DNA from: Dyella sp. | GTDB taxonomy: Bacteria > Pseudomonadota > Gammaproteobacteria > Xanthomonadales > Rhodanobacteraceae | NCBI GenBank assembly: GCA_036495265.1 | Contig: DASXND010000003.1 | Location: 1 to 40,543 of the forward strand | Length of the DNA: 40,543 nt | Direction of reading: 5' to 3' | In this document: piece by piece, positions 7,448-15,871 of the stretch | Layout of the letters: every line of letters begins with the position of its first letter | Numbering within the stretch: the first letter of the stretch is position 1 | Program-made: the position numbers and the translations under genes | The notes under the pieces: model-generated | Told to the model about the DNA's origin: nothing | Database searches by the model: none | What the model saw: only the letters and a program-made list of their open reading frames with translations

Positions 7448-9220
7448 ATGGTGCCTGAGGGTTTTGTCCGCCGTCGTCTGGCGGTTGCCGTACTGTTGGC
7501 CACGCTTGCTGGCAGCGGCTTCGTCGCGCCGGCCCAGGCTGATCCGGTCGTTGGCTCGAACAACGTTGTCGTGGCCGATCCGACTGTGCCACGCCCTCCG
7601 GGGCAGCCCTGTGTAGTGACCTTGTTCACCGACCTGACGTTCACCGACTTCAACACCCGGCCCTACAGCTATACCCCACCTGCCACGTGCAGCGGGAGCT
7701 GGGCCAAGGTGGTACTGGAAGCCGATTTTTCCGTGACTGCGGGTCGCCAGTTCGACCGCACGGCCACGCTGTGGCTTGGCGGGGTGAACCTGTATTTCGG
7801 CACGACGCAGGAGCCCTCCGCCACGGTGTCGCCGGCCTGGCACGTGGAGCGCGATCTGACCGACTACGCGGCCTTGCTGCGCAGTGCCGGCCAGGGCCAG
7901 GCGATCATCGGCAACATCGTCAACAGCACGTATACCGGCGTGATCCACGGGAGTGCGCGCCTGCTGTTCTATCCTGCCACCGCCCAGGCGCGTGCAGCAG
8001 AGGTGCCCGACGCGGTGTATCCGCTCGGCGCCGATCCGGTGGGCAGCACGACCACCTTGAACACATCGACTGACAAGCTGGCCAGGACGCTGACGCTGCC
8101 GCGCAACGTGGAGCGCGCCTACCTGGATATCTTCACGCAAAGCCAGAGCGGCGACGAGTTCTGGTACACGTGTGTGCCCAATGCCTACGCCGCACAGGCC
8201 CAGGAATGCGGTGGCGGCAACTTCCGCGAGGCGGAGATCAGCATCGACGGGCAAGCCGCCGGCGTCGCGCCGGTGTATCCGTGGATCTATACCGGCGGCA
8301 TCGATCCGTACCTGTGGCGGCCGACACCTGGGGTGCAGACGCTGAACTTCATGCCTTACCGCATCGACCTGACGCCGTTCGCCGGACAACTCAGTGATGG
8401 CAGCCCGCACGAAGTGGCGGTGCAGGTGGCCGGTGCCAACGGTTACTTCTCCGCCACCGCGACCTTACTGGTGTATCGCGACGCCCATGCGCAGCAGGTC
8501 ACCGGCTCGATGACGCGCAATACCCTGGTCGGTCAGGCGCCGACGCCGACCATCGGCAGTACCCTGGCAACGGCCAGCAATGGCGATGTGAGTGGCGATA
8601 TCACCACCAGGATCGAGCGCAAGTTCGTGATCGAGGGCGTTGCCCGTACATCACACGGTGCGGTAACCAGCACGGTGACGCAGACGGTGGGATTTGACGA
8701 CGTTCAGCGCTTCACCATCAATAGCAGCACCTATCGCCAGCAGACGTTTCAGCGCACCTGGGCCGATAGCGTCAGCCAGCACCGTATCGGCGCTGTTCCC
8801 ACGACAGAACAGCGCGAACGGGTCAGCTACCCGTTCACGCTCGACTACAACCAGCAAGTTGCCAGCGATGGCAACATCAGCGCCGCCACTACGGTGCACC
8901 AGGGCTATCACCAGCATGGCGAGAGCCGCCTGTTCGGCATACCGCTATATGCGGCCGACGTGGACAACGCGGTGGATAGCGCCGATACCTTGGCCATCAA
9001 CGCCGCCGGCGCCGTGGCCGGCCATAGCGGGCAACAGAGTGCGCAGGCATTCGCGTTCCATGATTCGCTCGGCGGCTGCTATCGCACGTCGCTGACCACG
9101 CAGGCCGGCGCGCTCGCCAGCTACACCACGGGACAGGGCTGCCCGGATCATCACAATCGCGTGTCATGGTTCGCCCATCCCGATGGTTCGCCGGAAAGTA
9201 GCTTCTCGCCCGGTCATTGA
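7448..9220 (+). CDS. Secreted peptide-N4-(N-acetyl-beta-glucosaminyl)asparagine amidase, PNGase A/H+ family
   Basis: Signal peptide ending PAQA; GRQFDR, GTTQEP, W.VERDLTDY, DEFWY, FRE.EI.IDG..AG, P.IYTGGIDPYLWRP, IDLTPF motifs typical of PNGase A. Confidence 0.88.
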   Translation: MVPEGFVRRRLAVAVLLATLAGSGFVAPAQADPVVGSNNVVVADPTVPRPPGQPCVVTLFTDLTFTDFNTRPYSYTPPATCSGSWAKVVLEADFSVTAGRQFDRTATLWLGGVNLYFGTTQEPSATVSPAWHVERDLTDYAALLRSAGQGQAIIGNIVNSTYTGVIHGSARLLFYPATAQARAAEVPDAVYPLGADPVGSTTTLNTSTDKLARTLTLPRNVERAYLDIFTQSQSGDEFWYTCVPNAYAAQAQECGGGNFREAEISIDGQAAGVAPVYPWIYTGGIDPYLWRPTPGVQTLNFMPYRIDLTPFAGQLSDGSPHEVAVQVAGANGYFSATATLLVYRDAHAQQVTGSMTRNTLVGQAPTPTIGSTLATASNGDVSGDITTRIERKFVIEGVARTSHGAVTSTVTQTVGFDDVQRFTINSSTYRQQTFQRTWADSVSQHRIGAVPTTEQRERVSYPFTLDYNQQVASDGNISAATTVHQGYHQHGESRLFGIPLYAADVDNAVDSADTLAINAAGAVAGHSGQQSAQAFAFHDSLGGCYRTSLTTQAGALASYTTGQGCPDHHNRVSWFAHPDGSPESSFSPGH

Positions 9221-9275
9221 ACGCAGCCAAGTCGCCGTGATAGCACACGCATCGCGATCAGGGACGATCGCTTTG

Positions 9276-9291
9276 TGTGATGCGGTTCGCA
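9276..9291. promoter_or_regulatory. CRP/Clp-like binding site
   Basis: TGTGA-tgcggt-TCGCA, one mismatch to TGTGA-N6-TCACA, about 100 bp upstream of the tonB start. Weaker copy CGTGA-N6-ACGCA at 9236-9251. Confidence 0.5.
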
Positions 9292-9394
9292 TTCGCTGAC
9301 GGCGGGCAACCTCACCGCAACAAGATTTCACTAAGCTGGCGCGCCCGTCGGCGCGCTTGTGCGCTGGCCCTCACTAATCACTTCGGCGCCGCCC

Positions 9395-10429
9395 ATGCCA
9401 TCCGCTTCCTTGCGTCGTCGTACCGAGGGTGTTGCCCGCTACGCCCTGCTCATCGTCATCGTGCTCGTGGCCCTCGCCGCTGGCGTGATCTTCTACTTGC
9501 TGAGATCCCGCGCCGACAGCGACGAGCCTTCGACCGTGGTGGTAGCGGCAGCGGGACCCATCATCCGTGCAGGAGCAGGTACGGCCGAGCTGCTGCAGCA
9601 TGCGCGCCAGGCCATGGCCGAGCAGCGTCTGCTCGCGCCAGCAGGCAACAATGCCTTTGAGCTCTATCTCGCCGTGCTAAAGCGCGAGCCGGGCAACCGA
9701 GTTGCGCAGGATGCGTTGCGCGAAATCTTTCCGTTCGCCGCCACGGCCGCCGAACAGACCATCGACCATGGCGATGATGCCGAGTCGCAGCGGCAGATCG
9801 CCTTGCTGACGCTGGCCGATCCGCAGAACTACACGCTGACGTTATTGCAGGCCAAGCTGCAGGCGCAGCGTGACGCTGTGGCACAACGGACACAGCAGAC
9901 ACAGCAAGTGCCGCCAACCCAAAAAAGCGTGCAGCCGGCTCCGACCATAGCGGCGGCGAACCGCGCGGCCGCCCCGGTCGCACCCGCAGCGGCGGTGGCG
10001 CCAGCGCCGGCACCATCGCTCGAAAAACCTGCAGGCGGCCCTACCGCTGCGGAGCAGGCCCTCGCAAACCTGCACGTGGAATCCACGCCGATCAAGGCCG
10101 CACCGAAGGCTGCCGCAGGACCGCGCGCTCCAGCTGTGGTTGCCGTGGCGGACGCACAAGGCACGGTTGCTCCCGCCCTTACGCATCGCGTCGAACCGCT
10201 CTACCCCCGCGACGCACGCCTCACGCGCCAACAGGGCTGGGTGGACGTCATCTTCACTGTGCAGCCCGATGGCTCCGTCGCCGCTGCCAGCGTGGCCGAC
10301 GCCGACCCCAAGCACGTATTCGATCGCGCCGCGCTGAGCGCCGTGACGCGATGGACCTTCACGCCCGGGATGCAGGACGGCAAGGCAGTGGCTTCCCAGT
10401 TGCGGCAGCGCATCGAGTTCCGCCTTTAA
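9395..10429 (+). CDS. tonB: Energy transducer TonB family protein with extra helical N-proximal domain
   Basis: N-terminal TM anchor, Pro/Ala-rich linker, C-terminal TonB domain (P.YP..AR...QQGWV.V.FTV.PDG.V...FD.AAL.AV.RW.F.P...I.F.L). Confidence 0.85.
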   Translation: MPSASLRRRTEGVARYALLIVIVLVALAAGVIFYLLRSRADSDEPSTVVVAAAGPIIRAGAGTAELLQHARQAMAEQRLLAPAGNNAFELYLAVLKREPGNRVAQDALREIFPFAATAAEQTIDHGDDAESQRQIALLTLADPQNYTLTLLQAKLQAQRDAVAQRTQQTQQVPPTQKSVQPAPTIAAANRAAAPVAPAAAVAPAPAPSLEKPAGGPTAAEQALANLHVESTPIKAAPKAAAGPRAPAVVAVADAQGTVAPALTHRVEPLYPRDARLTRQQGWVDVIFTVQPDGSVAAASVADADPKHVFDRAALSAVTRWTFTPGMQDGKAVASQLRQRIEFRL

Positions 10430-10631
10430 GGCGGGACCGGCAGCGGCGTGATCGCCGCCCATGGATACCTGTCGGCGGGTCCTTGCGCATTGGATGGACG
10501 TCCAATTGCAGCGCCGACAATTTCGCGCAAGTCACATCGCTGACATCAATCGCCGTTAATGTGACAGTTCCGCCGGGACGCCTGAGGGGCAGTCGTTCCC
10601 GCGTGCGGATTCGACCCAACAAGCGGCTGTC

Positions 10632-11171
10632 ATGTCTCGTTTCGCTACTCTTGCACCACGTCAGCGTGCCCTCGCCGCCGCCATCGTGGTGGCGCTTGCA
10701 CTCGCGGGCGCTGCGTTCTGGTCCCTTCACGGTGCGAAGGGCGGCTCAGCCATCGTTTCCATGGACGGCCAAACGTCCGCTGCCAAGGACGATGGTGGCG
10801 TCGGCATCCTGCTTGACCTGGCCAAGACGGCCGTAGGCGAGAATCGTCTCGTCGCTCCGGCAGGCAGCAATGCCTACGAGTTCTATCTCAGCGTGCTGCA
10901 GCTCGACCCCAGCAACAAGGCCGCGCTGGATGAGCTGCATGATTCGTTTCCCACGGCATCGGCTGATGTGGAGCGCGCGATCAACAACAACGAACTTGAC
11001 GAGGCGCAGCGCGAGCTATCGCTGCTGCGAGAGTTCGACAGCACCAACTACATCCTCTCGCTGCTCGGCGGCAAGCTGGATGCCCAGCGGCAGATCGTGA
11101 TCCGCCAGGACGAGGCACGCGCTGCCGTTATCCAGTCGCAGCAGTCGGCTGCCAGCGGCGCGACGCCGTAA
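10632..11171 (+). CDS. Membrane-anchored hypothetical protein paralogous to the N-proximal domain of the upstream TonB
   Basis: TM anchor; RLVAPAGSNAYEFYLSVLQLDPSN..A...L...FP aligns with RLLAPAGNNAFELYLAVLKREPGN..A...L...FP of the TonB; no TonB C-domain. Confidence 0.8.
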   Translation: MSRFATLAPRQRALAAAIVVALALAGAAFWSLHGAKGGSAIVSMDGQTSAAKDDGGVGILLDLAKTAVGENRLVAPAGSNAYEFYLSVLQLDPSNKAALDELHDSFPTASADVERAINNNELDEAQRELSLLREFDSTNYILSLLGGKLDAQRQIVIRQDEARAAVIQSQQSAASGATP

Positions 11172-11185
11172 CCTGTCGGTGTCGT

Positions 11186-11258
11186 GTGGGAGCGCACCCT
11201 GTGCGCGATCACGGCGTCACTGCTCCGTGGGTTGATGGCGCACAGGGCGCGCTCCTAC
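11186..11258. repeat. GTAG-family REP doublet (REPIN)
   Basis: gtgggagcgcaccctgtgcgcgat...atggcgcacagggcgcgctcctac inverted pair; related copies at 11846, 22733 and 27223. Confidence 0.85.
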
Positions 11259-11277
11259 AACACCGACCAACGAGGCG

Positions 11278-11814
11278 TCATCCGGCGGCGAGGTATTCGT
11301 CCTTCAAGCGGACATAGTTATCCGCCGAGTAGTGCAGCTGTTCGATTTGCCGGTCGCTGAGCAGACGCACGAACTTGGCCGGATTGCCCAGCCATAGCTC
11401 GCGCTCGCCTACCACCTTGCCCGGCGGTATCAAGCTGCCGGCTCCGACGAAACCGTACTTCTTGACGGTGGCGCCATCGAGCACGCTGGCGTGCATGCCG
11501 ATCAGGCAGTAGTCCTCGATGGTACAGGCGTGAAGCACCGCGCCGTGTCCGATGGTGACGCCCTCGCCCACGATGGTGGGGAAGCCGCCCGGCGAATACG
11601 GGCCATCATGGGTGACGTGGATGACGGCGCCGTCCTGCACGTTGCTGCGTGCGCCAACGCGGATGAAGTGCACATCGCCGCGCAACACGGCACCCGGCCA
11701 GATCGATACATCGTCGCCGAGATCGACCGCGCCGATAACCGTAGCGGCCGGGTCGACATACACGCGGTGGTGCAGCGTGGGCCAGATGCCCTTGTATTTG
11801 CGTAGAGAATCCAT
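11278..11814 (-). CDS. Gamma carbonic anhydrase family protein (YrdA-like)
   Basis: Hexapeptide repeats, LRGD, NVQDG..IH, TIGH...LHAC, GNPAK; putative metal-binding His residues present. Confidence 0.93.
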   Translation of the reverse strand: MDSLRKYKGIWPTLHHRVYVDPAATVIGAVDLGDDVSIWPGAVLRGDVHFIRVGARSNVQDGAVIHVTHDGPYSPGGFPTIVGEGVTIGHGAVLHACTIEDYCLIGMHASVLDGATVKKYGFVGAGSLIPPGKVVGERELWLGNPAKFVRLLSDRQIEQLHYSADNYVRLKDEYLAAG

Positions 11815-11845
11815 GCGCTTATGGTACCGCCTCGTTGGTTCGTGT

Positions 11846-11918
11846 GTAGGAGCGCACCCTGTGCGCGATCACGGCGTCACCGCTCCGTTGGTTGATTGCG
11901 CACACGGTGCGCTCCTAC
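11846..11918. repeat. GTAG-family REP doublet (REPIN)
   Basis: gtaggagcgcaccctgtgcgcgat...gcgcacacggtgcgctcctac; 73 nt, 6 differences from the 11186 copy. Contains the TAG stop (11915-11917) of the patatin gene. Confidence 0.85.
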
Positions 11919-13642
11919 AGGTTTTCCCGCGCCTGCGCCTCGAGCATCTTGAGCGTGTGCTGATAGCCGGACTCGATCGCGCGCTGCCAGTCCTTCCAGT
12001 CCAGCATGCCGACGTGCTCCAGCGGTGGCGTGAGCAATAGATCGGCGCGTGCGCGGCGATGTTCGCTCGGCCCTTCGCTGTTGACCATGGCCGCCCGCAC
12101 CAGCGTGGAAACCAGGCCCGGCCGCTGGATCTCTTGGCGTTTCAGCAGCAATCGCCATAACGGTGGCGTGGCGAATTCTTCCGCGGTGGTGAGCAGGGAG
12201 ATATCGGCGCGGATGTCGACTGCCGTGATATGCGCGATGCCGTCATCGGCCATGACGTCGGTGGGCAGGTTGTCGACCAGTGCGCCATCGACGTAGACAC
12301 GACCGTGATGCAGCACCGGTGGCAGCACGCCGGGTATGGCGCTGGAGGCGCGCAGCCACAGCCACAACGGGCCGCGTCGATGCACCACCATACCCTCGCC
12401 GGAAAGGCAGGTAGAGACGCAGAAGTACGGCAGCGAGAGATCCTCGATATCCAGCGCGCCAAACGCGCGCCGGAGCATCGCCGCCGCCCGGCGGCCGCGG
12501 GTGAGCGCGATGATCGGCAGGGTCCAATCCGACAATGGGCGGCCCTCGACGAAGCTGCGGCGGAAGGTTTCAACCATCGCGTCCAGTTCCCAGCCGCTGG
12601 CGACGCCGGCGCCAATGATGGCGCCGATGCTGGTGCCGCCCACGGCATCGAAGCCTTGGCCGGCCTCGAGCAACGCGCGCAGCGCGCCCAGGTGCGCCAG
12701 GCCGCGCGCGCCACCGCCAGCGAGCACCAGTCCACGTGCGTGACCACTGATGAGGCGCGCCAGTCGTCCGATATCGGCCCGGCCGCCGACATGATGGTGT
12801 TGCAGCTCGCCACTGAAGGGGGCACGCCAGCGCTGGGCGCAGCCGAGGCTGGGCTGGCGCCCCGCGTGCAACAGAATGAGATGGCGCGGGCGATGGCCGG
12901 CGCGCGAGGGATGCATGGGGATCGCCTCGGGCCAGGGCCGTGCCGGTTGTGAGGCAAGCGCAGGCAACAACAGGACGTCGGCCTGGCGCAGGCAACGCTG
13001 GCGCCAGTGCACATCGCCGGTGGTGTCCAGATAGATGACGAAACGCGCCTGGGCTTCGCGCTCGGCGAACCAGTCGCTGCCACGGCCGGTACCGTGTTCG
13101 GCGTCGATCACGATGCAGCTACCCCAATGCTCCAGTTCCATGGCGAGCTGCATGGCCAGCGAGCGTGCCGGTACCTCCGGACTCACCGGCAGCAAGGCAA
13201 AGGTGCGCGGCGTGCCGCGATCCTGCTCACCCCGCATGCGCTCCTGCAGCCGCGCGATGGCCACCCGCGCCACCCCCAACATGGCCTGTGGATAGCGGCT
13301 GGCAAGGGCTTCGTAGGCCGTGCGATCCAGCCGCAGCAGCTCCGAATCGCGCAAGGCGCGGACGGTGTACTGACGGCTCTCGCCGGTGATCAGGCCGATT
13401 TCTCCCAGGCTGTCGCCCGCGGCCACCAGGCGCACCCGGTCGGTAGGGCTGTCGAATACGCCCAGGCTGCCGCTGACCACCAGATACAGCGCGTCCGCCG
13501 GGTCGCCCTGTCGAAACAGCGCGCGTCCGCCGGGCAGGGAAAACCACTGAAGTTCGGGAGCCAGCGCGACCAGCGCCTCATCCTCCAAATGCCCGAACAC
13601 GTCGCAACGACGCAGCAGGGCGGAAAAATCAGGCTTCGACAT
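11915..13642 (-). CDS. cNMP-binding patatin-like phospholipase (NTE-like)
   Basis: N-terminal cNMP domain (LFRQGD...LYLV..G...GEIGL.....R..TVRA); C-terminal patatin motifs GGGARG, GTSIG, DGA. Confidence 0.9.
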   Translation of the reverse strand: MSKPDFSALLRRCDVFGHLEDEALVALAPELQWFSLPGGRALFRQGDPADALYLVVSGSLGVFDSPTDRVRLVAAGDSLGEIGLITGESRQYTVRALRDSELLRLDRTAYEALASRYPQAMLGVARVAIARLQERMRGEQDRGTPRTFALLPVSPEVPARSLAMQLAMELEHWGSCIVIDAEHGTGRGSDWFAEREAQARFVIYLDTTGDVHWRQRCLRQADVLLLPALASQPARPWPEAIPMHPSRAGHRPRHLILLHAGRQPSLGCAQRWRAPFSGELQHHHVGGRADIGRLARLISGHARGLVLAGGGARGLAHLGALRALLEAGQGFDAVGGTSIGAIIGAGVASGWELDAMVETFRRSFVEGRPLSDWTLPIIALTRGRRAAAMLRRAFGALDIEDLSLPYFCVSTCLSGEGMVVHRRGPLWLWLRASSAIPGVLPPVLHHGRVYVDGALVDNLPTDVMADDGIAHITAVDIRADISLLTTAEEFATPPLWRLLLKRQEIQRPGLVSTLVRAAMVNSEGPSEHRRARADLLLTPPLEHVGMLDWKDWQRAIESGYQHTLKMLEAQARENL

Positions 13643-13794
13643 GGGGGCATGGTACGGCGGGCCCTGTGACAATTCGTGAGAGCCGGCGGGTTCCTAAGGG
13701 CAACGCAGCTTGATTTCGGCCAGGTGGCTCGCCACGCTGGCGGCCATCCGCCGGCCCGCCGCCAGGCAGCCGGGCGGAGAACCGAGGAGATTCC

Positions 13795-15837
13795 ATGGAA
13801 CACGACAATCCGCTGCTGGCCGACGACACCTTGCCGGCGTTTTCGCAGATCCGCCCCGAGCACGTGACACCAGCGATCGACACTATCCTGGCGGACTACC
13901 GCAGCGGCATCGATGCGTTGACCGCGCCCGGCGCGCCGCACGACTTCGCCAGCGTGATGCTCACCCAGGAGCGATTGGAACAACGCCTGGCCCGCGCCTG
14001 GGCACCGGTGAGTCACCTGCACTCGGTCGCCGACAGCGAGGCGCTGCGCCAGGTCTATGGTCCGGCTGAGGAGCAGCTCACCGACCACGCCATCGAACTG
14101 GGCCAGAACCGCGCCCTCTACCAGGCCGTACAGGCGCTGGCCGATGCAGCGGACTTCGCCACCCTGCCGCGCCCCGAACGCGCGCTGGTGGAACACGCCT
14201 TGCGCGACTTCCATCTGTCCGGTGTGGCCTTGGAAGAACCGGCGCGTTCACGCTACCGCGAGATCGGCGTCGAATTGAGCCGGCTTTCCACCGAATTCTC
14301 CAACGCCGTGCTCGACGCCACCGACGCCTGGCACGAGCACATCACCGACGAGCGCGACCTCGCCGGCATTCCCGAATCCGGTTGCGCCGTGCTGCGCCAG
14401 TACGCCAAGGACCACGAGCTGGACGGTTACCTGGTCACGCTCAAGCAGCCCAGTGTGCAAGCCGTGCTTACCTATGCTGATAACCGTGGCCTGCGCGAGC
14501 GCGTCTACTGGGCCTACCAGACACGCGCCTCCGACCAGGGCCCGCAGGCGGGCAAGTTCGATAACAGCGAGCGCATCGAGCGCATTCTGGCGCTGCGCCA
14601 CGAAGCCGCCCAGCTGCTCGGTTTCGTCAATGCCGCCGAGGAATCGCTGGCGACCAAGATGGCCGGCTCGCCGGCCCAGGTGATGGAATTCCTGCAGGAC
14701 CTCGCCACCCGTGCCAAACCGGTTGCGCGCGCCGAACTGACCCAGCTGCGCGAGTTCGCCACCAACGAACTGAAGCTCGACAACCTCGAATCCTGGGATG
14801 TGGGTTACGCGTCAGAGAAACTGCGCCAGCAGCAATACGACCTGGACGAGGAACAGCTGAAACCGTACTTCCCGCTGCCGGCGGTGATCGATGGCCTGTT
14901 CGATCTCACCCACCGGCTCTATGGCATTTCGCTCAGCGAGCGCGAAGGCGTCGATGTGTGGCATCCGGAGGTGCGCTACTACGACGTACGCGACGCCGAT
15001 GGCCGCGTATTCGCTGGCGCCTACGTCGATCTCTATGCGCGTACCGGCAAGCGCGGCGGCGCGTGGATGGACGTATGCCGCGCACGCTTCAGGGATGGCG
15101 AGCAGGAACAGCTGCCGGTGGCCTTCCTCACCTGCAACTTCGCGCCGCCGACCGAAGGCCGCCCCGCCCTGCTGGCGCACGACGATGTGCTCACCTTGTT
15201 CCACGAATTCGGCCATGGCCTGCATCATCTGCTGACCGAGATCGCGCTGCCCTCGATCGGCGGTATCGACGGCGTGGAATGGGACGCGGTGGAACTGCCC
15301 AGCCAGTTCATGGAAAACTTCGGCTGGAACCGCGAGGCGCTGGACCTGTTCGCCCGCCACTACGAAACCGGCGAGCGCCTGCCGGACAGCTTGTTCGAGC
15401 GCATGCTGGCCGCGCGTCATTTCCACGCGGGCCTGTTCCTGGTGCGCCAGCTCGAATTCGCCATGTTCGACTTCCTGCTGCATCTGGAATACGACCCCGC
15501 GCAGGGCGCGCGCACCATGAGCGTGCTGGAGCGAGTCCGCCACGAAGTGGCCGTGCTGCATCCGCCGGCCTGGCAGCGCTTTCCTCATGCGTTCTCGCAC
15601 ATCTTCGCTGGCGGTTACTCGGCGGGTTACTACAGTTATCTGTGGGCTGAGCTGCTAAGCGCCGACGCGTTCGGTGAATTTGAGGACCACGGCGTGATCG
15701 ATCGCGCTACTGGCGATCGCTTCCGCCGCGAGGTCCTCGCGGTTGGCGCCAGCCGCCCCGCACTGGAAAGCTTCATCGCCTTCCGCGGCCGCGCACCGGA
15801 GCCGGAAGCGCTGCTGAAGAGTCACGGGTTGGCCTGA
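13795..15837 (+). CDS. prlC: Oligopeptidase A (M3 metallopeptidase)
   Basis: NPLL, KRGGAWM, LFHEFGHGLHH (HEXXH), WDAVELPSQFMEN, FSHIFAGGYSAGYYSYLWAE; gagga RBS. Confidence 0.95.
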   Translation: MEHDNPLLADDTLPAFSQIRPEHVTPAIDTILADYRSGIDALTAPGAPHDFASVMLTQERLEQRLARAWAPVSHLHSVADSEALRQVYGPAEEQLTDHAIELGQNRALYQAVQALADAADFATLPRPERALVEHALRDFHLSGVALEEPARSRYREIGVELSRLSTEFSNAVLDATDAWHEHITDERDLAGIPESGCAVLRQYAKDHELDGYLVTLKQPSVQAVLTYADNRGLRERVYWAYQTRASDQGPQAGKFDNSERIERILALRHEAAQLLGFVNAAEESLATKMAGSPAQVMEFLQDLATRAKPVARAELTQLREFATNELKLDNLESWDVGYASEKLRQQQYDLDEEQLKPYFPLPAVIDGLFDLTHRLYGISLSEREGVDVWHPEVRYYDVRDADGRVFAGAYVDLYARTGKRGGAWMDVCRARFRDGEQEQLPVAFLTCNFAPPTEGRPALLAHDDVLTLFHEFGHGLHHLLTEIALPSIGGIDGVEWDAVELPSQFMENFGWNREALDLFARHYETGERLPDSLFERMLAARHFHAGLFLVRQLEFAMFDFLLHLEYDPAQGARTMSVLERVRHEVAVLHPPAWQRFPHAFSHIFAGGYSAGYYSYLWAELLSADAFGEFEDHGVIDRATGDRFRREVLAVGASRPALESFIAFRGRAPEPEALLKSHGLA

Positions 15838-15871
15838 CGGCGACGATGACGGCATCGCTTACAATGCGCCC

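Noticed and set aside
11186-11918. Repeats as a CRISPR array or integron attC sites
   Set aside because: Only two copies around a whole gene, no cas or intI gene, and GTAG/CTAC ends typical of REPs rather than RYYYAAC/GTTRRRY boxes.
11915-13642. cNMP-patatin (and the second patatin) as CBASS or Pycsar defence effectors
   Set aside because: No cyclase or CD-NTase nearby; NTE-like and RssA-like architectures, ordinary GC content and housekeeping context.
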